DNA from: an uncultured bacterium
Lineage (GTDB): Bacteria; UBA8481
Direction: 5' to 3'
Length of the DNA stretch: 64,000 nucleotides
Assembly: GCA_964499705.1 (NCBI GenBank)
Contig: CAZCME010000019.1
Span: 1 to 64,000, forward strand
Below, piece by piece: positions 43,301-50,307 of this stretch. Within the stretch, counting starts at the first letter, position 1, and the number at the start of each line of letters is the position of its first letter. The notes under the pieces were generated by a model. That model was not told the DNA's origin, searched no databases, and saw only the letters and a list, made by a program, of their open reading frames with translations. A program made the position numbers and the translations under genes.

Positions 43301-46300
43301 CACATCCACGCGGGACGCGTTCGTTCCGGCGCCGGTCGGTGCTTCGGCTTCCCGGATATCCACGACCGAACCCGCGTGGAAGAACGCCTGAGCGCCGGCG
43401 TTGATGGTGAGATCGGCGTCCCCATCAAGCCAGATCCGGATGCCGGTATCGACCGTGAGGATGTGCCCGGATCCCACAGTCAGTGGCGAGATCATCTCCA
43501 GGATGGGGGGAGAGACCGCGTTGGACGGAATCTCGATGTTTTCCGCGAGCGTTCCGATCGTCTGGATGGCGATCCGGTCGGGATTGTTTGCGTTCAAGAG
43601 AAGGCCGGAGACGTTCGCGCGGGTGTCGCCGAGGACATTGATGTTGTTGATAACGACGGGATAGTTGCCGCCGGAATCGATGCGGGAGTTGAGGATCGTG
43701 AGCGAATCCGCGAGCCGGCCGGGGGCAAACTCGAGCGCGTGCCAGGCGCGCTCGATTCGTACGTTGTCGAGGTAGATCGACGCGGTCTCGATCTCGACGC
43801 CGTTCCAGCCGTTGACGGTCGAAGTGAGGACGACGCTGTTGCCCGGCGAGCCCTTCGCCTCGAACGTTCCGCCCAGGATCTGGACTTCCGCGCGAGACGC
43901 GTTCGTCCCGGCGCCCGTCGGCGCTTCCGCCTCCTGGATCATGATCGTGACGCCGGGCCTGGCGCGCGTGATCGAGCCGGGCTGAGTCACGAGGTCGACG
44001 TCGTTGCCGAGCCCGATGTAGCCGCCTGTGTCGATCGTCAGGACGCCGCCCGATCCGATCGTCTGCGTCTGGTCGAATTCGTACCCGTGGCCGGAGAAGA
44101 GGGTTGGAGAAAGCGTGACAGCTGTCGAGAGCGTCGATGCGGCCGTGAGAAGGATGCGGTTGATCGAATTCGTCTCACCGAGAAGTCCCGAGAAGAAAGC
44201 GAGCACATCGAGGTCAGCGATCTCGATCGGCTGAGAGGCGTATTTCCGGAATGTCGTGTTCTGAATCTGCGTGAAGCGCGGTTCCTCCCGCAAGGCCAGT
44301 CCGCGGTTCGCTCCGCTCTCAATGAGCGAATTCGTCACGACGATCGATTCCGGCACGTCCGTCGCTGCGACTTCGATGCCATTGTAAGCCGAGTCGATCC
44401 GGGCGTAATCGAGGAGAAGAATCGAGCCTGTCTCGACCTCGATGCCGTTCCAGCCGTACTGCGTCGATGTGAATTCGACGGGTTGCGATGGCGAACCAAA
44501 GGCCTCGAGCCGTCCGCCGTTGACGTGGACCTCGCACCGCGAGGCGTTGATTCCGTCGCCGGTAGGAGCCTCGGCCTCCGTCACCTCGATCGCCGAACCC
44601 GCCCGCATGATGACATGCCCGCCGGTATTCACGACGAGATCGATGTCGGTGGTGAAGAGGCATCGCATGCCGGTCTCGACGAGAAGGAGCCGCCCGCTTC
44701 CGACGGTCGGGGAGACGAAGAACTCGATTGTCGGCGGAGCGATCGAGCTTTCCGAGAGAGTGACCGATTCGGCAAGCGTTCCGTTGCCCTCGATCTCGGG
44801 GCGGTTCGGGCTGTTGGCGACGAGCGTGTTGTTGAAGACGTCCGAGCGCGATTCGCCGAGCGTGTTGATGTTGGTGACACGGATCGGGTAGTTGCTGGAG
44901 GACTCGATCCGCGAATTGGAGAGGATGAGCGAATCGACGAGCGTCGAGGGCTTGAACTCGATCGCATGGTACGCGCGCTCGATCCGGACGTTGTCCAGGT
45001 GGAGCGTCATCGTCTCGACCTCGATGCCGTTCCAACCGTTCGTTGTCGACGTGAAGATGACCGGATTTCCCGCCGCTCCCTTCGCCTCGAACGTGCCTCC
45101 CTGGAGATGGATCTCCGCGCGGACCGCGTTCACTCCGTTGCCGGCGGGCGCCTCGGCTTCCTGGATGCTGATCGTCGCGCCGGGCCGGATCCGGGTTGTC
45201 GATCCGGCGAGCGTGATGATGTCGGCGTCGTTATTGATCCCGATGAAGGCTCCCGTATCGACAGTCAGTAAGCCGCCGGAACCGATCGTCTGGGTCGCGT
45301 TGAACTCATAGGCGTTCGGGGAGAAGAGCGCAGGCGAGAGCGTGGTTGGAGTGGAGAGCGTGGAGGCGGCGCCGAGCAAGATCCGGTTGATGGCGTTCGA
45401 TTCGCCGACGTTGCCGCCGAATTGCGCGAGAGAACCGAGCCGCGAGACCTCGATCGGGTACGAGGCGTATTTCCGGATCGTGTTGTTCTCGATCTGGATC
45501 GCGGCCGGTATGCCGTTCAGGAAGATGCCGCGGCTCGCGCCGCTCTCGATCAGGCAGTCGATGATAACGATCGAGTCGGGAACGGCCGCGGGCGGAACCT
45601 CGACGCCGTTATAGGCCGAGTCGATCCGGACGAAGCGGAGGTCGAGGCTCCCGCCGGAATCGAGCTCGATGCCGTTCCAGCCGAATACCGTGGACGTGAT
45701 GATGACAGGCGAATCGGAAGTGCCTGCCGCCTCCAGGCGTCCGCCGTCTACATGGATGTCGCATCGGACGGCGTTCATTCCGTCGCCGGTCGGCGATTCG
45801 GCTTCCTTGATCTCGACCATCGTGGCCGGCTCGAAGCGCGCCCGCCCTCCGGCCGAGACGACGATGTCCACGTTGTTGTTCAGGAAGAGCCGCGCGCCCG
45901 TTTCGACGTTCAGGAACTTTCCGGAAGGAATGGTGATCGTCGCGAAGAAGTCGGCGATCGGCGGGGAGAACTCGCTTCCTGAGATCGCGACGGTTTCCGC
46001 GAGGGTCGTCGTCAGTTCGAAGAGAATCCGATCGGGCGTGTTGGCGTTCAGCAGGAGTCCCGAGACGTCCGAGCGGGTGTCGCCGAAGAGATTGATGTTC
46101 GTGACGCGGATGGGGTAGTCGGAGCCGGAATCGATGCGCGAGTTCCGGAGGACGAAGGACTCCGCGAGCGTCGAGGGTTTCAATTCGATGGCGTGGAAGG
46201 CGCGCTCGATATTGACCCGGTCGAAGATAAGAGTCGCGGACTCGAGTTCGATGCCGTTCCACCCGCTCACGGTCGATGTGAAGACGACGGGCGAGTCGAT

Positions 46301-49300
46301 CGATCCTTTCGCTTCGAACAAGCCGCCGGAGACGATCACCTCGGCGCGCGAGGCGTTCGTGCCCGTGCCGGTCGGGGCCTCGGCTTCGGTAACGGAGATC
46401 CGGACGTCGGGGCGGAGGTAGACGCGCGCGGGGGAGGTCACGACGAGGTCGATGTCGTTGCCGAGCTGGATGATGGCGGACGTTTCGACGATGACGGATT
46501 CGTTCGTGATCGTCGTCGTCGCGGCGGGTGTGTACGTGCCGGGGCGAACGACGAGCGTGTCGATCATCCGCGCGAGATCGAGCCCCTTCTGGATCGTCTT
46601 GAACGGCGAGGCGCTCGATCCCGGATTGGTGTCGAACCCGAGCGCATCATGGACATAGTACGTCTGGGGCGGCAGATCCTGCGGCGAGGCGGCGAAAGTC
46701 GCGCCGAAGTAACATTCGTTCGGCGCAGGCGGATCGTTCGTGTGATCGTGGGATGTGATCCGGTAGTAGTAGACGTTGCCGGGAGAAACGGCGGTGTCGA
46801 CGTAGGAGGTGTCCGGAGATTCGCGGACCTGGAGAGGCTTCCAGTCCGACGTTTCCGTGACGTTGACAAGGCGATAGACCTGGTAGCCGGCGATCCCTGT
46901 GACGGAACCGCCCTCCTCGTCGCTTGCGGGTGGATTCCAGGAGAGCGTGATCTGGAGCGGGACGGACGTGTCGACCGTGACCCCGACCGGGAGGCCGGGC
47001 GCCATCGTGTCGAAACCGGAGCGCGTGTCGATCACCGCGAGGCGGTAGGGCGTATGCTCCACGGAGTCGCGCCCCGATCCGGCGATGCGGGAACGGATCA
47101 CGACGGAGTCGGTCGAATTCCACCAGTTCCTGCGGAGGTTCTGCGCGTTGTTCGTGCCGTGGAAGACGTACGAATCCGGCTTGGACGGCGAAGCACGAAA
47201 CGCATTCTTGTTGATGAAGTTTCCAGCGGAGGATCCTCCGATGAAGAGGGCGTAGTCCGCGTTCGAATCGAGGTCGTTCTGGTAGATTTGATTGTAGGAT
47301 CCGAAGATCCGGAGCCCCTGCTGCGCGTTATTGCGCGACGCGTTGTTCAGGATCCGGCAGGAATCCGACGTGAAGATGTAGAGCCCCGTCTGGCTGTTGT
47401 TCCGCGAGACGTTCCGGGTGACGAGGCAGTTGTCGGAAACATCGAGCTTGATTCCGAAGGAGATGTTGGCCTCCGCCGTGTTGTCGATGAGCGAATTCCC
47501 CTGCGATCCGCCGATGTCGAATCCTTCCCAGACGTTGGCGAACGCGAAGCAGTTCTTGATCGTGTTGTTGGATGAGCCGAGGGAGAAGGAGAAGCCGCGC
47601 TGGCCGTTGGAGGCGCTCTTGACGCGGTCGAAGGTCGAATTGTCCACGTTGATGCAGAGTAATCCGTTGTGCGCGCCCCGCACCTGGAAGTTCCGGAAGG
47701 AGAGACCGGAAACGTTCATGGCGCGGATGGCGCGCGCGTTCGCGGAGGACGTGTCCACGAAATCGACGATGGAGGAGACCGAGTCCATGCCGACGAGCGA
47801 AATGCCGTCGGTGTCGATCATGAATGTGTCGGGCTCGTAATAGAATCCTCCGTCGATGAGGATCGTGTCGCCCTGGGTGAGGAGCCCCTCGAGATCGTTC
47901 AGCTTCCGCTTGGGGCTGGCGGGAGAGAGACCCGTGTTCCCCGCGTTGCCGACGGCGGAGGTGAAGGAGTCGGAACTCGTCGAGGTGTCGTTGATGTACC
48001 AGGTGTTCGGGAGGTTGGAGTCGACGAGGTTTATGGACCAGGTTCCCATCAAGGGGAGCGGGCCGACGGGGCCCGCACCGGTGATACTCAACTGGACCTG
48101 ACCCATGGCGATCCAGACGTCGAAGGTGTCGCCGGCGGCGGCGGAATCTTCGAGCGAAATCGTATAGACGAAGGATTCCTGTCCCGCGATCGGCAGCGAG
48201 AGACCCGTTATCATCCAGCGGTCGATCGTGTCGTAAGGGATAATGGCGATGAACGTATCCTGCGAAGGTTCGTAGCGCGCGGAGCGATTTCCGTCGCGAT
48301 AGACCGCGATCGTGTCCACATCGGAGGGCGGAATGTTGTTTCCCTGGAGCTGGATGCCGATGGCGGTGAGCGTATCGGGATTGGCGGTCTTGACCGTGAT
48401 CGCCATGACGGTCACTTCGGATCCGGTTCGCGTGATGGGTCCGGGGGAGACGGCGGGATCGGAGCTACTGATCGTGAGATTCGGGGTCGTGGCGGATGGC
48501 AGGGAATCGGAGAGAAAGCTCTGGTTCCGGAGCGTGTAATTGTCCGACGTGGTAACGCGGAAATAATATGTCGAGCCGCTTGCGAGCCCGGAATCCACGA
48601 AGGTCGTGCGGCTGTCGGCATCGCCGGCGTACGACCAGAAGCTGGAGCTGGCCACCGAGCTTCGATAGACACGGTAGCGTACCGGACCGGTTACGTCTTC
48701 CGGTTCTTCAGACGTATTGACCGGCGACCAGGTGATTTGTACTCGGACGGAGTCGATCGTGAGGGCGGCCACTGTGTCGGGGGCGCGGGGAGCGACGGTA
48801 TCCGCGTTGATCGTGGTGTCGACGATATCCAGCCGGAAAGGCGTATACCGAACGGAATCCGATCCCATTCCGCGGATCTTGAACTTGATGGAGATCGTGT
48901 CGGCGATTCCCCACCAGTTTCGTGTGAAATCGAAACCCAGGGGCGTGTTGTTCAGTACTCCGGAATCCATATTCGTGATCGGGGGCGAGATGACGTTCTT
49001 GTGAAATGTATCCAGCATCGCGAATTCAAGGCGGAAAGCCCAGCCGCCGTTCGAATCGGCCGTGTTCTGGGTGAAGATGTTGTTGTTGCCGCCGGAATCG
49101 GAGAAGGCGGCGCCGGTGTTGTTACGGGCAAGGTTGTTTCTAATCCGGAGGCTGTTGCTGCCCTCGAATTCGAATCCTGCGTCGCCGTTGGAGAGGCTGT
49201 TGTTGCCGGCAAGGACGTTGTTGCTGGAATTCCTGACGACGAATCCTCCCTGGCTGTTCGAGAGCGCCTGGTTGCGGAGCAGGTTCATCCCGCTCGAGGC

Positions 49301-50110
49301 GCTGTCCATCACGAAGCCGTTGCCCATGTTCGATTGCGCTGTATTGCCGGAGAGCGTGCCGTTCTGAGCGCCGCGGATCTGAAAGCCGGTCGAGGCGTTG
49401 TTCGAGGAGTTATTGTCGAACCAGGTGTTTGCGGGAGCGTTCCAGATCTCGAAGCCGTTGCTGTTAGCCAGCGCGACGTTGGTCTCGAGCGTCGTGCCGG
49501 CGCAGCCGAAGTCGGCGAAGAAGCCCGCGACACTGCAGGACGTCGCGAGATTGCGCGTGAGACGATGGGCGCCGCCGCCGGTCAACTCGTATCCGAAGAA
49601 TCCGGCACGATCGACGGCGGCTCGTTCGATGACGCAGGTATCGGAGTTCTGGAGCTGGATTCCCTTGTAGCCGTTCCGGGTGCCGAGATTGCGAACGGTG
49701 ACGCGAAATCTGCCGTTGATCTGAAGCGCGATGACCGAGGTGGTCGTGCTGTCGCCGGGATCGATGACAGTGGCGACGGAATCCTTGCCTGCGATATAGA
49801 GGTCGTTAGCGGAAACGACGACGGTTTCCTGGAAGATTCCCGCATCGATGAGAATCGTGTCGCCGGGTATGACGAGCGACATCGCGGCCGCGATGGTGCG
49901 TTTGGGCTGGGACGGCGATGTACCGGGCCAGCCGTCGCTTCCGGCGGCGGACGTGAAGGAGTCGCCGGTCGTCGAGGTGTCGTTGACGTAGTAGATGGTC
50001 GGAAGGGCATGGGCGGGGAGTGACAGAAACGCCACGAAACCGAGGAACAGGACAGCCCTGAGGAACGGGACTGAGATCCCTGAAAACCTGCTGCGGCCCG
50101 CGCGGATCAA
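31313..50110 (-). CDS. Giant (6265 aa) secreted surface protein: repeated parallel beta-helix modules, FN3/Ig-like domains and a T9SS-like/FlgD-Ig C-terminal domain
   Basis: Signal peptide ending PAHA, N/G-rich beta-helix repeats, many W...YRV/YYWRV domains, C-terminus VYPNPFRP..IEVYTLRGERI..WNVRN..VASGYYIY..GKLAVIR. Confidence 0.9.
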   Translation of the reverse strand: MIRAGRSRFSGISVPFLRAVLFLGFVAFLSLPAHALPTIYYVNDTSTTGDSFTSAAGSDGWPGTSPSQPKRTIAAAMSLVIPGDTILIDAGIFQETVVVSANDLYIAGKDSVATVIDPGDSTTTSVIALQINGRFRVTVRNLGTRNGYKGIQLQNSDTCVIERAAVDRAGFFGYELTGGGAHRLTRNLATSCSVAGFFADFGCAGTTLETNVALANSNGFEIWNAPANTWFDNNSSNNASTGFQIRGAQNGTLSGNTAQSNMGNGFVMDSASSGMNLLRNQALSNSQGGFVVRNSSNNVLAGNNSLSNGDAGFEFEGSNSLRIRNNLARNNTGAAFSDSGGNNNIFTQNTADSNGGWAFRLEFAMLDTFHKNVISPPITNMDSGVLNNTPLGFDFTRNWWGIADTISIKFKIRGMGSDSVRYTPFRLDIVDTTINADTVAPRAPDTVAALTIDSVRVQITWSPVNTSEEPEDVTGPVRYRVYRSSVASSSFWSYAGDADSRTTFVDSGLASGSTYYFRVTTSDNYTLRNQSFLSDSLPSATTPNLTISSSDPAVSPGPITRTGSEVTVMAITVKTANPDTLTAIGIQLQGNNIPPSDVDTIAVYRDGNRSARYEPSQDTFIAIIPYDTIDRWMITGLSLPIAGQESFVYTISLEDSAAAGDTFDVWIAMGQVQLSITGAGPVGPLPLMGTWSINLVDSNLPNTWYINDTSTSSDSFTSAVGNAGNTGLSPASPKRKLNDLEGLLTQGDTILIDGGFYYEPDTFMIDTDGISLVGMDSVSSIVDFVDTSSANARAIRAMNVSGLSFRNFQVRGAHNGLLCINVDNSTFDRVKSASNGQRGFSFSLGSSNNTIKNCFAFANVWEGFDIGGSQGNSLIDNTAEANISFGIKLDVSDNCLVTRNVSRNNSQTGLYIFTSDSCRILNNASRNNAQQGLRIFGSYNQIYQNDLDSNADYALFIGGSSAGNFINKNAFRASPSKPDSYVFHGTNNAQNLRRNWWNSTDSVVIRSRIAGSGRDSVEHTPYRLAVIDTRSGFDTMAPGLPVGVTVDTSVPLQITLSWNPPASDEEGGSVTGIAGYQVYRLVNVTETSDWKPLQVRESPDTSYVDTAVSPGNVYYYRITSHDHTNDPPAPNECYFGATFAASPQDLPPQTYYVHDALGFDTNPGSSASPFKTIQKGLDLARMIDTLVVRPGTYTPAATTTITNESVIVETSAIIQLGNDIDLVVTSPARVYLRPDVRISVTEAEAPTGTGTNASRAEVIVSGGLFEAKGSIDSPVVFTSTVSGWNGIELESATLIFDRVNIERAFHAIELKPSTLAESFVLRNSRIDSGSDYPIRVTNINLFGDTRSDVSGLLLNANTPDRILFELTTTLAETVAISGSEFSPPIADFFATITIPSGKFLNVETGARLFLNNNVDIVVSAGGRARFEPATMVEIKEAESPTGDGMNAVRCDIHVDGGRLEAAGTSDSPVIITSTVFGWNGIELDSGGSLDLRFVRIDSAYNGVEVPPAAVPDSIVIIDCLIESGASRGIFLNGIPAAIQIENNTIRKYASYPIEVSRLGSLAQFGGNVGESNAINRILLGAASTLSTPTTLSPALFSPNAYEFNATQTIGSGGLLTVDTGAFIGINNDADIITLAGSTTRIRPGATISIQEAEAPAGNGVNAVRAEIHLQGGTFEAKGAAGNPVIFTSTTNGWNGIEVETMTLHLDNVRIERAYHAIEFKPSTLVDSLILSNSRIESSSNYPIRVTNINTLGESRSDVFNNTLVANSPNRPEIEGNGTLAESVTLSESSIAPPTIEFFVSPTVGSGRLLLVETGMRCLFTTDIDLVVNTGGHVIMRAGSAIEVTEAEAPTGDGINASRCEVHVNGGRLEAFGSPSQPVEFTSTQYGWNGIEVETGSILLLDYARIDSAYNGIEVAATDVPESIVVTNSLIESGANRGLALREEPRFTQIQNTTFRKYASQPIEIADLDVLAFFSGLLGETNSINRILLTAASTLSTAVTLSPTLFSGHGYEFDQTQTIGSGGVLTIDTGGYIGLGNDVDLVTQPGSITRARPGVTIMIQEAEAPTGAGTNASRAEVQILGGTFEAKGSPGNSVVLTSTVNGWNGVEIETASIYLDNVRIERAWHALEFAPGRLADSLTILNSRIDSGGNYPVVINNINVLGDTRANVSGLLLNANNPDRIAIQTIGTLAENIEIPSNAVSPPILEMISPLTVGSGHILTVDTGIRIWLDGDADLTINAGAQAFFHAGSVVDIREAEAPTGAGTNASRVDVIVAGGKLTTIGTLDSPVIFTSTISGWNGIEVESGSQVLLFGARIDSAALAVEVPAGHIPDSVQLFQTKISGGSGDGIHFNETPRNFRVSHSIISGQGGDGIDFVSSAAPSDTGLVRGSDIVGNTGNGINIPSQAIANVIYRNNILGNAGQNLSLGAAGIVLGRNYYGSTSDSAGLLNIAGTNPVYKPFRLSLGDTAAGADLVSPGVPSITSFDSSVPGQIRIAWTPVTLDEDGGLLATVNGYRIYRANSPSILDWEPALIGVAGPSDSTFIDGSAAAGPYWYRVASFDSHLTNGTSFTNISFYSESAAAQGVAPSSWYVNDTSTTGDSFTSNVGNDGAGGSAAAPFRTIRRALQSAKQGETIFVDAGIYFETVVIDTHGLTLAGKDSAATIIDAGDSAAGTPRYGISATNRQNIRIRDLRVRTAFIGISCTSVIGAAIDNVTLYGNNDAGLVLLLGSQNVVSNSLSRHANGDGFRVQDSNRDTFLGNKSISNGNGFNLSNSDTERVESCIADDNTATGFQNLSVRGSVFANNRASGNASYGFTLEDTSIGNTVTGTIVDFSNNSGFLILNSLGNMLTADTASNSSNYGFVIDGATANTLTACHANQNGVSGYILMTFSTANVFSACRALENNGPGFAVQSSSNNTFTGIYSDSNSPGAGMLLQSSSGSILQHSWLRWNTSHNLHLDSATGNTIRMNYFGGPVSSAEVFIENGSAANMFVKNNLTGETPLAGDSIVINNTFNVVDLSRNWWGTADSNAIRDVRHGSGKDSILYSPFRLGKNNIGAGDDTIAPALPSNVQLDTTVGGQIRLFWTPPTQDEEQIALTGLAGYQVYRIANALDTPNWKQYQLIETPDTQYLDTDIIAGTLYAYRVTSHEHVNAQPNECFFGAAIAVVADSGGAGGPAAGPNLYVNDGDTTGGIYTTAPGSDTAGTGSSEAPFRSITRALQVARSGDTIYVDAGIYSETVVIDTNNIRIIGKDSISTIIDPPGVPSETGLYGVFADTQVELTIMNLAVTGAYEGIHLSDVDRSTILRDSLCSNGRNGITLTGGSDTNTISSSVFLSNGNDGISISFGSQNVVSGNTLRFNTDDGINLFDNSSANSLSGNTIFASGDDGIALLASPRNTLIANTIDTCADDAIDLTSASDSNTLSSNTCRQSGNVSIFLSASSGNTVQGNISTTSIDDAIQMFGGSNNNLVVNNYFVSTFDAGVSISSSSGNLVYQNDILNNDTGVRITGSSANNVARRNNIFGNRVNNIYNGSGNVQTLTRNWFGSTDTSVIGSKISDTANSWRPYRLGPVDTAAGADTIAPRAPDTVAATALSPSSIRVTWRAVTSSEDPEVALNLAGYRIYESSIADTSQWNILGQVGPGSTSYDDTDLNAGETVYFRVTAFDNHVPNENQSFFSDSIALAQTPGGIDTTGPNTWYINDTSISGDSFTSAAGNSANTGLSPSSPKRFFNDVEAFLTTGDTVVMDAGVYVEPDTVTIGVNAISILGKDSSSTILDFNNTSALSALTVHVRNVVGVNLRNFQVTRGRYGILMTGAVATRIEDVASDSNGFIGMLIESGSSQTLIRSSRVRGTPGMGIRANNASQVSVENSLLRNNSNYAIYLLASSNCTAQASLVSNNGNYGIYADNSPQVLVKNNTVSNNQNYGIYLSNADSSRVSGNASASNSNYGLYLSNTDLTMVDGNTVTGNQNYGIYLSNSDTARVTGNVSSSNTNYGLYLSNTDTSLIDGNTISGNGLGGFITSNISYCTISGNNSNNNNSYGIYLSGTNISATGNTADSNIGDGFYLISSRQVVSGNTSTRNGNNGFALTSLDTSIIENNVAAGNLQNGFWVQSSNANQLRGNYIHDNALLGILFSGTFRNIVTQNRVDSNGTWAIEIQSPTADTFTKNSLSGAPARPDSILLTAEPQSRNFQRNWWGTSDTIVIKARIAGSARDSAIYSPFRLGPVDTAPNADTVAPRAPATVNAATLDTNRITVSWSAVTSNEEPHATVGLAGYRIHRARTADTNLWTVIGAAGSGATSFIDSGLVTGTFYYYRVSSIDAAPFPNQSFYSDSIASAAPQAGITPPVTVTVSSTSPTSGSIVPVGQDRTTVLALTVRGNVSGDTLTQFFVMLQGAAGSAASIDTVGLYRDGNENGSFQAGLDTLAAVLPADSSGLFGSSSLNLLLPNFKSGADSFLVLVTLRDTATSGDTLRALIPPTAIRTLLRDSGPPAPQFSPATFTVTNAVTTLIVDPLRPTGGSISPVNLDLTGVMAMTIGGDPNDTITSFSVAFEGPGGTPAQLDTVYLYQDGDQDAIFTDGIDGMITELQPSAGTGYTLPFEYSLGPSGQDSFLIVVSIRDTSPGGDTLRAFIPPSSIKVATRDTTPPSAFYAPSAFIIESGLSPAVRINVNPTTFSETISPLNLDLNRVMSFSVTGAPGDTLQKFTVKLNGGAGASSRLEYVILYRDLNQNGDFDSGAEQFVTPLISAAGQTWTLNFINHPLGAAGADSFLLVLAYRDSAPSGETVHAELPVNGIKTSLKDTGPAIALLAPAAFTIYDLNPPAPFNLLSPAWGHDTSVAAINFQWTASSDAGSGLSAYKLQLSRLADFSVLLIDTSTGLSRSFTPALTPAGGGTDEFYWRVAAFDAIGNSTFSDEENFVRLDLIPPSKPALVQPAANAVVTTGDNLFEWTASTDTLSGLAGYRIQFALDPLFSNLAVDSDIGASTTDFRTLATDAVYYWRVLASDVAGATIASDSRILTIAGSGPSAPVLLAPAAAHETNAASIAFSWNGSTDSFSTITEYRLQVDQWGDFFAPLVDSSVGLALSGSATLDANAGYYWRVVAVNAASLSTPSDSRFISVDTENIVWLFSPPDGVTTTDSRPVFVWTSNAAVPTRDTFTFQLATETSGPTYVINAPQNTLSHRPATPLAGGQYYWRVGSIDAATNAFTTEWQTITIDTGGGAGDTIPPAAFSLTSPVHNTFTNVETITFRWALSSDTQSGIAAYQFQIDDDPGFGSALYDSTVGPLADSFDAILPADIPHFWRVIAVDAASNIRLSLTTRTVTVDTEAPTTPDPLIRPFSGEDTSTAAVIFRFTAAADGLSGVRRYRVQADTNGSFAAPPKDAYGFGTVITVSGFSQGTWYWRVIAEDTAGNTATSAVDTFRILSTPLGVPATASPINGQYVSDTTLNFDWSDVAAGAVPLRRYLFRASTDSTFATTIFSSQTSDTTSSIQVAGFTAGTWYWRVASEDTLGNTSNFSGVANFRVETSVPPAPSITTPANNTITRVTPLTITWSDTGSMPASGLGSYHFQIIDLNSVLYLDTTITTSATTQSLSVSGFAETTYSARVRARSNAGTYSSWSQVIAFAFDFTPPNGVPTLVSPLDGENTTVTAPSFKITSVSDTGPAGATCRYRFQASRSESFTVILSSQLLGSSIVFTPTYLFSETGTFYWRIAAVDLVGNQGAFSTAESFARPAPTDAIRPIPPSDLRAVADNSLGITLTWTGSPSQDLDVGGQYNIYWNEGRDSAGADTLFKIVDHVGGDTYTYSTLDDTTLVNGTFYRFKVRTQDGMGNEDNNDATVGATARSSSATMGYAVIFNPEAGRRVQRTGGVQIQARLEGAFRNLAETITFQFRPEGGGIWWPMKAASNAASRNPDRIGDESKTVYGMHWDAIGDTTSADSIYDIRALITDRSGNTSALLTPVNLIELKANASDADQASNSDTSSANLQRNMDSRRRNDLDLQLGDDTRAGIGLPKDSLNPTSDTAQGRCSATIRAARRSNTGSGTAFRGLAVGSTEQDEIDAAIGRDTAIGVALSISLPGGQTTLLNGKSATITLSYPRLNDSGFIPGTSLRPESLVVRAASAGDNDSRQLTIIAIDTVNRTITATTTRFSTFLLVAPAAGSGGPGNQANLSRFMVYPNPFRPNAGKTSTGAEYDAANPRTTGIVFDNLPARVRIEVYTLRGERIFDRTTAVNDGYVTWNVRNSGSGEKVASGYYIYVVTDLASGSRVTGKLAVIR

Positions 50111-50203
50111 TTCACGCCCGAATATGTTTGGAAATAAAGGAGTAACATATGAGCAATCTATCCAGAATAGTATAGATCCTGAACGATGTGAAAGACAGAC
50201 TTA

Positions 50204-50219
50204 TGTAGGGAATTTCACA
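50204..50219. promoter_or_regulatory. Candidate Crp/Fnr-type site upstream of the giant gene
   Basis: TGTAG-N6-TCACA (8/10 to TGTGA-N6-TCACA), with extra TGTGA half-sites at 50187 and 50229. Confidence 0.4.
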
Positions 50220-50307
50220 GTCAAATCATGTGAGATAGAGCGCTGTGGAAAAAGAAGTTCGGACAGATGTTCATGAGGTTCTTTCCGGAGTGATCTGGAC
50301 AGCAGGA

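Noticed and set aside
40238-50023. Long + strand ORFs inside the giant gene (e.g. 42431-45271, 47669-50023)
   Set aside because: Antisense shadows caused by codon bias of the 6265-aa gene.
50136-50175. AAAGGAG RBS plus an 8-codon ORF (MSNLSRIV) on the + strand
   Set aside because: Too short, antisense to the giant gene's promoter region, and without independent support.
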